A DNA stretch of 64,000 nt from Acholeplasmataceae bacterium (GCA_963667565.1 OY763415.1:800001-864000), one strand, 5' to 3'; positions 49,457 to 60,933 are shown, counted from the stretch's first letter. Notes: generated from the sequence alone by a model not told the origin. Translations and numbers: made by a program.

Positions 49457-51769
49457 CTACACTAATTCTTGATTTGGATAATATTTTATCCTTGTTTCTT
49501 TGGATTCGACTTGATCGATATATTCAAATATTTTAGAATCAAATATTTTATATTTAAGTGTCATAACAAAACGATAATCATCCCCTATTTTTTTAATATA
49601 TGCCGGGGTGGGACCTAAGACACTATATGTATTTATTTGTTCAATATGTTTTTTTAATCTAAATGCATTTTGATATGTTTTTAAATAGGATTTTCCTTCT
49701 ACAAGTAATTGAGCTATATGCATAAAAGGTTCATAATTCGCTATTTTACGATCATATAATGCCGATTGATAAAAAGTTTCATAGGCATCTTTTGCATGTT
49801 TTATAGCATAGTGATTTAAATCGTAACCTTGAATAATCACATCGCCTTGAGTAAACCGTCCAGATCTTCCTGAAATTTGAGTTAAAAGCGTATAAGCTTT
49901 TTCACTCGCTAAATATGAAGGAATTCTAAGCATGAGATCTGCCATTAAAACACCAACAAGTGTGACTTTAGGAAAATCTAGTCCTTTTGCGATCATTTGA
50001 GTTCCTAATAATATATCAGCGTCAGCTTCATTGAATTGATGCCATATCATCTCATGACTACCTTTAGTCTTGGCCACGTTAGCATCCATTCTTAAAATTC
50101 TAGCCTGACTAAATGCCTTTTTGAGTGCTTTTTCGACTTGTTCAATACCAACACCAACTTCTTTGATTTGAGTACTTTGACACACTGAACAATGATCTTT
50201 ATACATTTCTTCGTGACCACAATAATGGCATTTTAATTTTTGATCATCTTTATAATAAGTAAGCGCAATACCACATGTTGGACATGTCGGTACATGACCA
50301 CAAGTTCTACACATCACAAATGGAGCGTATCCTTTTCTGTTAAATAAAATCATTACTTGTTCTTTTTTAGATAATCGATCTAAAATTGCTTGTTCAAGTT
50401 TTCTAGAAAACATGGATGTGTTTGAAGCTTTTAGTTCATCTTTCATGTCAACAAGCTCAATATGTGGAAGTTTTATACCATTGGGTCTTTGATTTAATTC
50501 ATGTAATTGATACACCTGATTTTTGGCTTGATAATATCTAGTTACTTTTGGAGTCGCACTTCCTAATACAATAGAAATATCTTTAATTAGAGCTCTTAAT
50601 TCCAATACATCAATCGCATCATAGATGACAGATTCATTTTGGATATAAGAATCGTCATGTGATTCATCTATAATGATTAAACCTAATGCTTTAAAAGGTA
50701 AAAATGAAGCACTTCTCGTACCTAATAAAATTCTAGACTCTCCTTCTTTAATTGCGATATATGCATCTAATCTCTCTCCAGATGATAAGGCACTGTGATA
50801 AATTTCTACATCATCAAACTTAGATTTTAATCGTTGTGCCATAGGTGCAATCAGTGTGATTTCAGGGACTAAGATCATCACTTGTTTATGCTGTTTTAAC
50901 ACTTCTTCAATCAGGTTTAGATAAATTTCTGTTTTACCAGAACCCGTAACACCTTTAATCAAATGTTTCTCATGGTGATTTAATCCAATTTTAATATGTT
51001 CAAAAATTTTGGATTGATCTTTGGTGAGTGAAATTTTTTTATCATTTAATTTAAAAACATGAGAAACATCTCTTTTGATTTTTACTTCTAATTTTGAAAG
51101 TACGCCATGTTTAACAAGTGTCTTTATGGATGAGATACTTAAACCTAAGTCAATGAGTTCATCTTTCGAGTGGATTTGATCTTTTAATAAGATGAGCACA
51201 TCCTCATATATAGATGCTCTTTGATATTGATGATTCTTATTGAATTGATATTTTGTTTCATATTTTTCTTTTGTTTTTTGTTCATATATTTGCTTAATTT
51301 CGATTGCATTCATAGCATTATATTTTCTTAATTTATAATCATACTCATGATTGTTTTTAGATATCGTTAACATGTTTTTATGATTAAATAACTGTTTAAA
51401 AGATGCATCTACCAGATCAGGATTAAGTAATGTAATTTGTTTTTTGTATTTAAGTTGTATTTGAGATGGAACGACAGTTTCAAATATCGCTGCGTAAATT
51501 TGATGTGTTTTTTCATAAATATCATCAATGATTTTAAAAGTTTCTTCATCAACTGTTGGTTGAACATCTAAAATGTCTACGATCTCTTTATTTGCCTTCT
51601 CACTTTTATCAAAAATAGAGATCACATATCCCATTCTAAGTTGCTCACCAAAAGGAACGACAACGCGCATACCACGTTTTATGCTTAAAACATCTTCGTC
51701 TTTAATGATGTAATCAAATTGTCTATTAATCTCTTTGTTTTTAATATCAACTATGACACTTGCAAACAT
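49457..51769 (-). CDS. priA: Primosomal protein N' helicase
   Basis: GVTGSGKTEIY, DESH, four CxxC, GTQMIAKGLDFP; start set at MFASV. Confidence 0.96.
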   Translation of the reverse strand: MFASVIVDIKNKEINRQFDYIIKDEDVLSIKRGMRVVVPFGEQLRMGYVISIFDKSEKANKEIVDILDVQPTVDEETFKIIDDIYEKTHQIYAAIFETVVPSQIQLKYKKQITLLNPDLVDASFKQLFNHKNMLTISKNNHEYDYKLRKYNAMNAIEIKQIYEQKTKEKYETKYQFNKNHQYQRASIYEDVLILLKDQIHSKDELIDLGLSISSIKTLVKHGVLSKLEVKIKRDVSHVFKLNDKKISLTKDQSKIFEHIKIGLNHHEKHLIKGVTGSGKTEIYLNLIEEVLKQHKQVMILVPEITLIAPMAQRLKSKFDDVEIYHSALSSGERLDAYIAIKEGESRILLGTRSASFLPFKALGLIIIDESHDDSYIQNESVIYDAIDVLELRALIKDISIVLGSATPKVTRYYQAKNQVYQLHELNQRPNGIKLPHIELVDMKDELKASNTSMFSRKLEQAILDRLSKKEQVMILFNRKGYAPFVMCRTCGHVPTCPTCGIALTYYKDDQKLKCHYCGHEEMYKDHCSVCQSTQIKEVGVGIEQVEKALKKAFSQARILRMDANVAKTKGSHEMIWHQFNEADADILLGTQMIAKGLDFPKVTLVGVLMADLMLRIPSYLASEKAYTLLTQISGRSGRFTQGDVIIQGYDLNHYAIKHAKDAYETFYQSALYDRKIANYEPFMHIAQLLVEGKSYLKTYQNAFRLKKHIEQINTYSVLGPTPAYIKKIGDDYRFVMTLKYKIFDSKIFEYIDQVESKETRIKYYPNQELV

Positions 51770-51847
51770 AACTTTCACCCTATTTATATTATACAATATT
51801 GTATAACATAAGCATATTTTATCTTTGATAAAAAAAAGTAACCGAAG

Positions 51848-52189
51848 TTACTTTAATGATTTTAATATCTCATCGATATGATTCCCATAAGCTAATGCTT
51901 CATCAAATTTGAAGACTAGATCAGGGATTTTTCTAACATTTCTGATTTTTTTAGCAAGTTCCATACGGATTGTTGCTTTAGAATCATCTAATGCATCTTG
52001 AGCTTTTTTTAGCATATCTTTTTCATCTTTTAAAATTGTGTAATAAATCGTAGCAAACGATAAGTCTTTAGTCACTTTAACATCAGTTAAATTAATATAA
52101 CCAAAGCTTTTATCTTTAACTTCTTTATTCACAATACTTGCAAGTTCTCTTTGAATCAAACTTGCTAATCTTTCTGTAGTAACTGACAT
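51848..52189 (-). CDS. rbfA: Ribosome-binding factor A
   Basis: VKVTKDLSFATIY, RKIPDLVFKFD; follows infB. Confidence 0.95.
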   Translation of the reverse strand: MSVTTERLASLIQRELASIVNKEVKDKSFGYINLTDVKVTKDLSFATIYYTILKDEKDMLKKAQDALDDSKATIRMELAKKIRNVRKIPDLVFKFDEALAYGNHIDEILKSLK

Positions 52190-52192
52190 GAT

Positions 52193-54043
52193 TTACACCT
52201 CAATTTCTCTTAATTGTGAAGCTTCAATGACATCTCCAACTTTGATATCATTATAATTTTCAATCGAAAGACCACATTCATAGCCTTGACGAACTTCTTT
52301 AGTATCATCTTTAAATCTCTTAAGTGATGCAAGTTTACCTTCGTAAACAACAATACCTTCTCTTAAAATTCTTACAAGTGCATCACGTTTGATAGTACCA
52401 TCAGTAACATAACAACCTGCAATTGTACCAATCTTAGATATTTTAAAGATATCTCTAACTTCTGCTTGACCTGTTACAATTTCTTCAAATTCAGGTTCTA
52501 ACATACCTTTAAGAGCAGCTTCAATATCTTCTTGTACACGATAGATAATTGAATATAATCTAATTTCGACCCCTTCATTTTCAGCGACTTTTTTAACAGA
52601 CGCGGTTGGTCTTACATTAAATCCAATAATAATCGCATTTGATGCTGATGCAAGTGTGACATCACTTTCACTAATTGCCCCAACACTTGCTCTTACAGTA
52701 TTGACATGAAAACCATCAATATCTATTTTTTCTAATAATCCTTTTAATGCTTCAATAGAGCCTTGAACATCACCTTTGATAATAATGTTCAATTCTTTTT
52801 CTGATTCAGCCATTTCGCCAAATAATGAATCTAGCGAACGCTTTTTGCTAGAACCAAAGTCAAGTTCTTTTTGTCTGTCTTGACGATCGGACGCAATATT
52901 TTTAGTGACTCTTTCATCATCAAATGCCATGAAAACATCACCTGCTTGAGGAACTTCATTTAAACCAGTGACTTCGATTGGTTGTGATGGTTTAGCCTCT
53001 TTGAAACGACGATTCAAATCATCTTCCATAGTTCTAATTTTTCCATAAGTATTACCAATAACGATATAATCACCAACATGAAGTGTACCCGTCTCAACAA
53101 TAAGTGTTGCAACAGGTCCTTTTCCTTTATCAAGGCTTGCTTCTATGACAGTTCCTTTAGCTAAACGCTTTGGATTTGCTTTAAATTCGTTAATTTCACT
53201 GATTAATTGGATAATATCCAAAAGTTGATCTATACCCATGTTTTTAAGTGCAGATACATTGACGAATGGAATATCTCCACCCCATGCTTCTGGTACCAAA
53301 CCTTTTTCTGATAACTCAGTCATGACACGATCAGGATTTGCAGATGGTTTGTCTACTTTATTGACAGCAACAATGATAGGTACATCTGCCGCTTTCGCAT
53401 GATCAATTGCTTCAATAGTTTGTGGCATAACACCATCATCAGCAGCAACAACTAAAACAACAATATCTGTAACTTTAGCTCCACGAGCACGCATTTCAGT
53501 AAATGCAGCATGACCTGGAGTATCGATAAATGTAATAGGTTCGCCATTTTTAATGACTTGGTATGCACCAATATGTTGTGTAATACCACCTGCTTCACCA
53601 TCAACAACTCTTGTTTTCTTAATCGTATCTAGCAAAGTCGTTTTACCATGATCAACATGCCCCATGATTGTGACAATCGGAGGTCTTTTTACAAGATCTT
53701 TTGGATCGTCAACGATTTCCATTTCATCAAAACGAGTGACATCTGTAATCACCTCATCTTGCACTTCATATCCTTCTTCTAAAGCAATCAATTCAATGGT
53801 ATCTCTATCAATGACTTGATTAACACTCGCCATTAATCCTAATCCCATTAATTTTTTAATGATAATTGCATTTGATAAATGCAACCCATCAGCAACCTCA
53901 GAGACTAACATATCTGGTTTATATGTTAATATTTTTGGTCCTTCATCTTTCTTTGCTTTCACATTTGGATGATTGTGTGGATTTGGTTTGTTAAATGTTT
54001 GTTTTTTGTTTGGATTCATTTTTTTGTTATTTTTACTAGGCAT
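52193..54043 (-). CDS. infB: Translation initiation factor IF-2
   Basis: [34 protein letters not shown]. Confidence 0.98.
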   Translation of the reverse strand: MPSKNNKKMNPNKKQTFNKPNPHNHPNVKAKKDEGPKILTYKPDMLVSEVADGLHLSNAIIIKKLMGLGLMASVNQVIDRDTIELIALEEGYEVQDEVITDVTRFDEMEIVDDPKDLVKRPPIVTIMGHVDHGKTTLLDTIKKTRVVDGEAGGITQHIGAYQVIKNGEPITFIDTPGHAAFTEMRARGAKVTDIVVLVVAADDGVMPQTIEAIDHAKAADVPIIVAVNKVDKPSANPDRVMTELSEKGLVPEAWGGDIPFVNVSALKNMGIDQLLDIIQLISEINEFKANPKRLAKGTVIEASLDKGKGPVATLIVETGTLHVGDYIVIGNTYGKIRTMEDDLNRRFKEAKPSQPIEVTGLNEVPQAGDVFMAFDDERVTKNIASDRQDRQKELDFGSSKKRSLDSLFGEMAESEKELNIIIKGDVQGSIEALKGLLEKIDIDGFHVNTVRASVGAISESDVTLASASNAIIIGFNVRPTASVKKVAENEGVEIRLYSIIYRVQEDIEAALKGMLEPEFEEIVTGQAEVRDIFKISKIGTIAGCYVTDGTIKRDALVRILREGIVVYEGKLASLKRFKDDTKEVRQGYECGLSIENYNDIKVGDVIEASQLREIEV

Positions 54044-54061
54044 ATAAAATCACTTCCTTCG

Positions 54062-54343
54062 TTATTTAAGCAGTAATTGGCTAAATCCTTGATCTATAAC
54101 TCCAATCACTTTTATACCGAATTTTCCTAGAGCTTGAGAAAGTAAATCCGAAGATACTTCTTCTAAAACTGATACTTTGTATGTTTTAGCTTTATCATAT
54201 ATCTTTTTCTTTGTAGCATCCGATGCATCGTTTGCTAATATGATCATCACAAGTTTAGATCTTGATAAATGTGATAATGTGATATCAGTTCCAATAACGA
54301 TTTTTCTTGCTCGATATGCCAAACCTAAAGCATTAAGATTCAT
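54062..54343 (-). CDS. ylxQ: L7Ae/L30e family RNA-binding protein (YlxQ)
   Basis: LGLAYRARK, LANDAS, LSQALGK; conserved position. Confidence 0.9.
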   Translation of the reverse strand: MNLNALGLAYRARKIVIGTDITLSHLSRSKLVMIILANDASDATKKKIYDKAKTYKVSVLEEVSSDLLSQALGKFGIKVIGVIDQGFSQLLLK

Positions 54344-54602
54344 GTGCTAATCCTAACAATGTATCATAAATTTCTTCGGGAACTTCTACTTCTAGTTTTC
54401 GGTCTATTATTTTATTTTTTTGTGCTTTCAAGATAACTTCTCTATCAAGCTTAACATAAGCGCCACGACCATTTGATTTGCCTGTTAAATCAACTGATAC
54501 AATACCATCTTTTGTCGCAACAATTCTAATTAATTCTTTTTTTGGTAATACTTCTTTTGTGACTACACAAGTTCTTAATGGAACTTTCTTTACTTTATTC
54601 AT
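54333..54602 (-). CDS. ylxR: YlxR (RnpM) RNA-binding protein
   Basis: PLRTCVVT, KKELIRIV, GRGAY. Confidence 0.93.
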   Translation of the reverse strand: MNKVKKVPLRTCVVTKEVLPKKELIRIVATKDGIVSVDLTGKSNGRGAYVKLDREVILKAQKNKIIDRKLEVEVPEEIYDTLLGLAHES

Positions 54603-54620
54603 GTAAAATCACCTTTTTAC

Positions 54621-55691
54621 TTAATATAAAATACCTTCACCTTGTGCCATGGTTTCTGATTTAATATCAATACTCCATCCACAAGCTTGAACTGCAAGTT
54701 TAACATTTTGTCCTAATTTACCAATTGCAAGTGATAATTGATCATCAGGAACAATCGCAAGTGCATTCTTCTCTTTTGGATTTACATGAGTTACTGCTAA
54801 GACTTTTGCAGGCTGTAATGCGTTTGCAATAAGTTCTTTTTCGTTATCACTCCATCTAAATAAGTCGATTTTTTCATCGCTTAATGCTCTAACAATCTCT
54901 CTAATTCTAGTTCCACCTTCACCAACGCATGCACCAATTGGATCGACTTTAGGATCATTGGTTTTAACACCAATTTTAGCACGATCTCCAGGGTCTCTTG
55001 AGATCCCCATAATTTCAATGGTTCCATCTTTGATCTCAGGAATATAAGATTCTAATAATCTAATGATAAGACTTGGATGATTTCTGCTCACATAAACTTT
55101 TGGCCATTTAGTTTTCATTTCAACATCTGATACATAAACTCTTACGTGATCACCAACATGGAAGTTATCTTTTGGAAGTGCTTCTTTTTTAGGTAATAAC
55201 GTCGTCAAATCTTTACCAATATCCAAACGATAGTGTTGATCATCAATATCAATAACTCTTGCATTAATCATTTCATGTTCAAATGACTTGAAGTGTTGAT
55301 ATAAATTTTCTTTTTGCATTGAGACAAGTGCTTCATTTAATCTACTTTTAAAATCTCTAACTGCATAAAACGAAAAATCTTTTGGATCAATTTTTTGTTC
55401 GATAATATCGCCAATTTTAGCTCTTGCATTGATTTCTTTTGCTTCATCTAATAATATTTGAGTAAAGTTCTTATCTGCCTCTAAACTGAATTCTTCGACA
55501 ACTAATTGTTGCTTATAGACAAGAATTTCGTTTTTATCCTCTTTGTATTCTACTCTACAAGAGCGGACATCGTGGGCTTTTTTACATCCCGCAATTAAAC
55601 CTTGCTCAAATGCGTTAAGTACTTGCTCATGTGTTAATTCTTTTTCTTCTGCTACTGCATCTACATTTTTATAAAACTCTTTACTAATCAT
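54621..55691 (-). CDS. nusA: Transcription factor NusA
   Basis: IPEIKDG, RDPGDRAKI, DPIGACVG, QLSLAIGKLGQNV. Confidence 0.96.
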   Translation of the reverse strand: MISKEFYKNVDAVAEEKELTHEQVLNAFEQGLIAGCKKAHDVRSCRVEYKEDKNEILVYKQQLVVEEFSLEADKNFTQILLDEAKEINARAKIGDIIEQKIDPKDFSFYAVRDFKSRLNEALVSMQKENLYQHFKSFEHEMINARVIDIDDQHYRLDIGKDLTTLLPKKEALPKDNFHVGDHVRVYVSDVEMKTKWPKVYVSRNHPSLIIRLLESYIPEIKDGTIEIMGISRDPGDRAKIGVKTNDPKVDPIGACVGEGGTRIREIVRALSDEKIDLFRWSDNEKELIANALQPAKVLAVTHVNPKEKNALAIVPDDQLSLAIGKLGQNVKLAVQACGWSIDIKSETMAQGEGILY

Positions 55692-55700
55692 GATATCCTC

Positions 55701-56147
55701 CTAAACCTTAACTGCGGTACGCATTTTTCTAGTTTCACTAAATTTTAATTCTATTTTTCTTATTCTGCCTTTTTGATTTACTTCAACTAAAAGTAAATCA
55801 TTATCATCAGCAACTTCTAATAAAGTTGCATTGGTCTTCATTTTGTTTGTTTCAAAATATATATAACTTCCTATATATCTTTTTACTTGTTCAATCGTTT
55901 CAAGTGGTCTTTCAGCACCCAGTGATGAGATTTCTAAAAAATACTCATCATCTAAATCTTCATCATTCAAACTTTCGATATATGCCATGTGAATTTTTTC
56001 TAAGTCATTAATATCGATCGTGTCTGTATCTAAAAGTATTTCAACGATTTTTTCACCATATTCTTTCTTAAGTTTAATACTGTAAACTGCAATATTAAAT
56101 GGTTCTAAGAATGGTATTAATTTTTGTTTTAAATTATCTAAATTCAT
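55701..56147 (-). CDS. rimP: Ribosome maturation factor RimP
   Basis: YFLEISSLGAERPL; first gene of the nusA operon; start MNLDN behind GAGGT. Confidence 0.92.
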   Translation of the reverse strand: MNLDNLKQKLIPFLEPFNIAVYSIKLKKEYGEKIVEILLDTDTIDINDLEKIHMAYIESLNDEDLDDEYFLEISSLGAERPLETIEQVKRYIGSYIYFETNKMKTNATLLEVADDNDLLLVEVNQKGRIRKIELKFSETRKMRTAVKV

Positions 56148-56157
56148 ATTTACCTCA

Positions 56158-56190
56158 TTAAAATGAGTGGAAATCATCATCTCCACTCAC
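56158..56190 (-). promoter_or_regulatory. rimP leader hairpin (attenuator-like)
   Basis: TGAGTGGA-N10-TCCACTCA-TTTT just upstream of the rimP RBS. Confidence 0.65.
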
Positions 56191-56271
56191 GTTTACCTAA
56201 TAATTATAGCATCTTTTTATAGTAATTACAATTTTTTAAGCACTCTTTTTGAATACTTTTTATGTTTTAGT

Positions 56272-56329
56272 TGCAAATGGTTTGCAAATTGAATAATCTG
56301 TGATACAATGATAATGCAAATCATTCGCA
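56272..56329 (+). promoter_or_regulatory. Promoter with two 7-1-7 Fur/Zur-type boxes
   Basis: TGCAAAT-G-GTTTGCA (56272-56286) and TGCAAAT-C-ATTCGCA (56315-56329) around TTGCAA...TGATACAAT. Confidence 0.7.
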
Positions 56330-56343
56330 ATAAGGAGAGGGAA

Positions 56344-57228
56344 ATGAAAAAATTATTACTATCTATTTTAGCTTTAGGTTTTCTATTCACATTAATAGGC
56401 TGTAGTGAAGAAGAAAATTATGACATTGTAACAACAATGTACACACATTACTCATTTGCTAAGCAAATCGCAGGTGATGAAATGACAGTGAAGATGCTTG
56501 TACCAGTTGGAGAAGAAATTCATGGATTCGAAGCATCTAGTCAAGATATGGTGCTCATTAAAAATGCCAAGCTATTTATTTATACAAGTGATTTAATTGA
56601 CACTTGGATTACAGATTCAAGCACGATTGGTGGAGATCAAACCATTGTACTCAATATGTCTGACTCTATTGAAACATTGACTGATGCACATTATTGGGTT
56701 GACCCATCAAATGCGATTGATATGATTAATGATATCAAAGATGCTATCATTGATATAGATCCTACACATAGTGCAACATATCAAGCAAATGCTGATCAAG
56801 TGATTAGTGATATAACAGCAAAAAGCAATGAAATGAAATCATATTTTTCAAATATCACATCACTTCCAACCATTTATGTAGCAGGACATAATGCATTCTC
56901 ATTATTTGGCAATTATTTTGACTTAACCATCGTTTCCATTTTTAATGAATTTGAACCTGATTCTGATTTAACAAGTAGTGAATTAATTACTTTCGTACAA
57001 AACGTATTAGATGCACAAACACACTATATTTTCATGGAAGCATTGGAACCACCATTTTCAGCAAATGCTATCCAAAGTGAATTACAAACAAGTCATCAAT
57101 ATGAACTTACTATCTTAAAATTATATGCATATCAAAATGTAACTCAAGATCAATTTGATCAAGGGTTGACATATGTTGATTTCATGGAAATAAACTTTCA
57201 AAATATAAAAACATCATTAGGAGCATAA
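56344..57228 (+). CDS. znuA: Zn/Mn ABC transporter substrate-binding lipoprotein
   Basis: Lipobox LIGC, EIHGFE, DAHYWVDP, GHNAF; ATG 56344 behind AAGGAGAGG. Confidence 0.88.
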   Translation: MKKLLLSILALGFLFTLIGCSEEENYDIVTTMYTHYSFAKQIAGDEMTVKMLVPVGEEIHGFEASSQDMVLIKNAKLFIYTSDLIDTWITDSSTIGGDQTIVLNMSDSIETLTDAHYWVDPSNAIDMINDIKDAIIDIDPTHSATYQANADQVISDITAKSNEMKSYFSNITSLPTIYVAGHNAFSLFGNYFDLTIVSIFNEFEPDSDLTSSELITFVQNVLDAQTHYIFMEALEPPFSANAIQSELQTSHQYELTILKLYAYQNVTQDQFDQGLTYVDFMEINFQNIKTSLGA

Positions 57229-57230
57229 TC

Positions 57231-57902
57231 ATGATTGAATACAGTCATATCAATGTCAATTTTGGTAGCTATGAGGCACTAAAAGACATCAGTTTCAAAG
57301 TTAATAAAGGTGATTTTTTGCATATTGTTGGGCCTAATGGCAGTGGAAAATCAACACTCATAAAGACATTAGTTGGTTTATTAAAACCTTCATCCGGTGA
57401 GATTAAAATCAATATGGAAACTATGGGTTACCTACCTCAAAAACTAGATACTAAAAAAGAGATACCTATGACTGTTAAAGAAGTCATCTATAGTGGGTTT
57501 AAACGCCAATCACTAAAGATGAAATCTGAAGATGATAAACTCATTATGTCTTGGTTAGAGCGTATGGAGATTCCTGAATTATTTGATAAATCCATGATTT
57601 ATTTGTCAGGTGGTCAGCAACAAAGAGTTTATTTAATCAGAGCGCTAATCTCAAATCCTGAGTTGCTCATTTTAGATGAACCTACTTCTGCTCTTGATCC
57701 TTCATTTAGAGAAAAATTTCACCATTTATTAAAGGAGTTAAATGAAAAGAAACACATGACTATTGTCCATGTGACTCATGATTTAACCGATGCAGTTAAA
57801 GATAACTGTCATATTATGTATATAGACCAAAGTGTTAAATTCTTTGGATGCTATAGAGATTTTCATCAATTTGAACATAAGGAGCATCATCATGATCTTT
57901 GA
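57231..57902 (+). CDS. znuC: Zn/Mn ABC transporter ATP-binding protein
   Basis: GPNGSGKS, GYLPQ, LSGGQQQR, His-rich tail. Confidence 0.9.
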   Translation: MIEYSHINVNFGSYEALKDISFKVNKGDFLHIVGPNGSGKSTLIKTLVGLLKPSSGEIKINMETMGYLPQKLDTKKEIPMTVKEVIYSGFKRQSLKMKSEDDKLIMSWLERMEIPELFDKSMIYLSGGQQQRVYLIRALISNPELLILDEPTSALDPSFREKFHHLLKELNEKKHMTIVHVTHDLTDAVKDNCHIMYIDQSVKFFGCYRDFHQFEHKEHHHDL

Positions 57903-58704
57903 GTTATTACAATATGATTTTTTTATAAGAGCTATTTTAATCGGTGTTGCCTTAGCCATATCTGCAGCTTTATTAAGTCCATTTTTAGTTTTAAACCACC
58001 AAGCGATGATTGCAGATGGACTTTCTCATGTTAGTTTTGCAGGTTTAGCATTAGGTATGCTTTTCTTAAATGAACCTTTATATATATCTATACCGTTTGT
58101 CATGATTGCATCACTAATCATTAAATATTTATCTGAAAAGATGAATGGTGATGCCGCGATAGGTCTGGTGAGTGCATTTGCATTTGCGGTAGGTTTGATT
58201 ATTATCAAAAAGGGTACTGGATTTAACTATTCTATTGAATCTTTAATCTCTGGTAATATTTTCACTTCATCACCTACATTAGTTATCTTAGGCTTACTAA
58301 CAACTTTATTTATATTTATATTTGTTCTCATATTCTATCGAAAATTATTTTTGATGACATATGATTATAATTATGCAAAGTTTTCTAGAATCAAAGTGAG
58401 ATTATTAGGTTATATGCTATCTGCACTTACTGCATTCTTTATTGCTGTAGGTGTAAGAACAATTGGTGTTCTACTCATCTCAGCCTTTGTCATTTTTCCA
58501 TCAGTGATTTCATCTCAACTTACCAAGAGTTTCATGATGACATTAATTACTGGAACAATCGCTTCTATAGTTGTAACTATCTTGGGAATCTTTATTGCAC
58601 ATCCTTATGGTATACCTGCAGGTTCGACAATTGTTGTTGTTTATAGTATACTACTTGTATTAGTACTTCTACTAAAACCTTTGATTAGAGGTAAAAACAC
58701 ATGA
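57892..58704 (+). CDS. znuB: Zn/Mn ABC transporter permease
   Basis: ADGLSHVSFAG, GDAAIG, GVLLISA; start MIFELL. Confidence 0.9.
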   Translation: MIFELLQYDFFIRAILIGVALAISAALLSPFLVLNHQAMIADGLSHVSFAGLALGMLFLNEPLYISIPFVMIASLIIKYLSEKMNGDAAIGLVSAFAFAVGLIIIKKGTGFNYSIESLISGNIFTSSPTLVILGLLTTLFIFIFVLIFYRKLFLMTYDYNYAKFSRIKVRLLGYMLSALTAFFIAVGVRTIGVLLISAFVIFPSVISSQLTKSFMMTLITGTIASIVVTILGIFIAHPYGIPAGSTIVVVYSILLVLVLLLKPLIRGKNT

Positions 58705-59078
58705 GAATGACAAAACAAAGAAAACAAATATTAGATGTATTTGAAAAAAACAATAGACCCATGAGTGCAGAAATGATTATGGTTGAACTTCCAGATGATG
58801 CACTTAACTTATCAACCATATATAGAACTTTAGAAACGTTCTTCCATGATGGAATCATATCAAAAAGCGCTATCGATCATACAAACTTTTACTATCTAAA
58901 CGATAAACAACATCATCATTTTATGATTTGTTTAAATTGTCACAAAATGATAGAAATTGATTGCCATCTTCATCATTTTGAAGAAGAGGTTGCAGCATCT
59001 CATCATTTTAAAATTACACATCACGACATGACATTATACGGTTATTGTGAAAGTTGTCAAAAGAAAATGCAAGCATAA
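58701..59078 (+). CDS. zur: Fur-family regulator (probably Zur)
   Basis: RMTKQR, LSTIYRTL, HHHFMICLNC, YGYCESC; last gene of the metal ABC operon. Confidence 0.85.
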   Translation: MRMTKQRKQILDVFEKNNRPMSAEMIMVELPDDALNLSTIYRTLETFFHDGIISKSAIDHTNFYYLNDKQHHHFMICLNCHKMIEIDCHLHHFEEEVAASHHFKITHHDMTLYGYCESCQKKMQA

Positions 59079-59106
59079 TAAAAACGCCTTATTAGGCGTT
59101 TTTTTG
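59079..59106. terminator. Bidirectional terminator
   Basis: aaaacgcct-tatt-aggcgtttt. Confidence 0.75.
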
Positions 59107-59107
59107 T

Positions 59108-59929
59108 TTATTTATTAAAACTATCAAGAATAACCATATCATCTTTTGATATTTCAAAGTCCATATGCGCATTTTCAATAATTCTTGAATCATGTGTTGA
59201 TTTTGGTAATGGTAATGTGTTCTTTTCTAAACAGTAACGAATACAGATTTGTGCTGCTGACACATTATATTTACTTGCCATTTCATTAATGATTGGATCA
59301 TTTAAAATTCTACCTGTTGCAAGTGGTGAATATGCTTCAACTAAAATACCTTTTTCATCACAAAACGCTTGTGTTTCACTTTGATTTCTACCAATATGAT
59401 ATGCGATTTGATTTACATGAGGAACAATTTCAGTATGATTCATCACATTTTCTAAATCATGAACATTGAAATTTGATACACCTATAGATTTCGCTCTTCC
59501 AGATTTATAAATTACTTCAAGTGCTTTCCAAGCTTCAATATTTCCTAAATCACAGTCTTGACCAATGTTACTCCATGGCCATGGGGCATGAATTAAATAT
59601 AAATCAACATAATCTAAACCTAAGTTTTTAATAGTTAACTCAAATGCGTCTAATGCTTCTTGATATGACTTAATGTGAGATTCAAGCTTTGTAGTAACAA
59701 AGATTTCATCTCTTGGAATACCACTATCTTTAATCGCTTTTCCTACACTTTCTTCATTTCTATATGCCGCAGCAGTATCAATATGACGATAACCATGCTT
59801 TAAAGCAAACATTACTGAATCATAAGCAACATCACCATTAGGAATTTGCCATGTTCCAAATCCAATTTTAGGAATCTTAACACCGTTTGATAATATAAAA
59901 TTCTCATTTAATACAGACATATCTTTCAC
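59108..59929 (-). CDS. Aldo/keto reductase (paralogue of 8043-8900)
   Basis: GFGTWQ, GYRHIDTAAAY, IHAPWP, IGVSNF, EAYSPL. Confidence 0.93.
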   Translation of the reverse strand: MKDMSVLNENFILSNGVKIPKIGFGTWQIPNGDVAYDSVMFALKHGYRHIDTAAAYRNEESVGKAIKDSGIPRDEIFVTTKLESHIKSYQEALDAFELTIKNLGLDYVDLYLIHAPWPWSNIGQDCDLGNIEAWKALEVIYKSGRAKSIGVSNFNVHDLENVMNHTEIVPHVNQIAYHIGRNQSETQAFCDEKGILVEAYSPLATGRILNDPIINEMASKYNVSAAQICIRYCLEKNTLPLPKSTHDSRIIENAHMDFEISKDDMVILDSFNK

Positions 59930-59978
59930 CTCTATTTATTTATCTATATCTTTATTATAGCATAATAAAAAAGTCATC

Positions 59979-60377
59979 TTAAGATTGATGACTTCTTTTT
60001 AAGATGATGATGTGTAGTATAAGCGTAAAGAGTCCTATAAAGATCATCAATCCTGTAAAAAATAAATTCCAAAACAATGTATATAAACTTGCATTTCCTA
60101 AAATGATTAACTGTGCAACAAAAATTCCGAAATAGCCATATACTGAAAATCTAATGGTTTTATATTCCTTTTCAGTGATACTAATCACATCTTGATTGTT
60201 TTGTCTATAGATGATGACAACAAGTGCAATCAGTAATATGAAGATACCTAAATAGACTAAATTAATCACATCTGCTACTTGTGGTATAAAATATAAAAGA
60301 CTAACTTTAAACCCTAAAATAATCATTGCGATACTAATGATTAAATCAACTAATAAATTTTTACGATAAATGCCCAT
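59979..60377 (-). CDS. Hypothetical 4-TM membrane protein
   Basis: Start MGIYRK behind AAAGGAG; four hydrophobic segments. Confidence 0.65.
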   Translation of the reverse strand: MGIYRKNLLVDLIISIAMIILGFKVSLLYFIPQVADVINLVYLGIFILLIALVVIIYRQNNQDVISITEKEYKTIRFSVYGYFGIFVAQLIILGNASLYTLFWNLFFTGLMIFIGLFTLILHIIILKRSHQS

Positions 60378-60444
60378 TTTAAAGACTCCTTTATTTATTT
60401 TTTTATAATTTTTGATATACTTATAAGTGAAACGAGGTATAACT

Positions 60445-60933
60445 ATGGAAAAAGCTGTATATCCTGGAACTTTTGATCCATTAACCATTGGTCACTTAGA
60501 TATTATTAAACGTGCTGCAAGATTTGTTGATGAACTTCATATAGTTGTTGCTGACAACTATAAGAAAACACCTACATTTACTTCTGATGAACGTATTGAA
60601 ATGATTAAGAAAGTAACTCTTGATATAGACAATGTTGTCATAACATCAACTTCTGATTTAATCATTAGATATTGTCAACAAAATGATATAAAGCTTATGA
60701 TTAGAGGACTTAGAAATATCCAAGACTACGAAAATGAATATGCGTTATATCAATTTAACAGAAATCTTGATCGACAAATTGAAACACTTATCTTATTCCC
60801 ATCATCAAGAAATCACTTTGTATCTTCTTCTGCAATTAAAGAACTTATTGTCCATCATGCAGATATTTCACCTTATGTGCCTAAAGAAATCATCAAAGAA
60901 GTTCAATCAAGAATTAGATCACTCATCAAATAA
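60445..60933 (+). CDS. coaD: Phosphopantetheine adenylyltransferase
   Basis: AVYPGTFDPLTIGHLDII, IRGLR, VSSSAIKE. Confidence 0.96.
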   Translation: MEKAVYPGTFDPLTIGHLDIIKRAARFVDELHIVVADNYKKTPTFTSDERIEMIKKVTLDIDNVVITSTSDLIIRYCQQNDIKLMIRGLRNIQDYENEYALYQFNRNLDRQIETLILFPSSRNHFVSSSAIKELIVHHADISPYVPKEIIKEVQSRIRSLIK

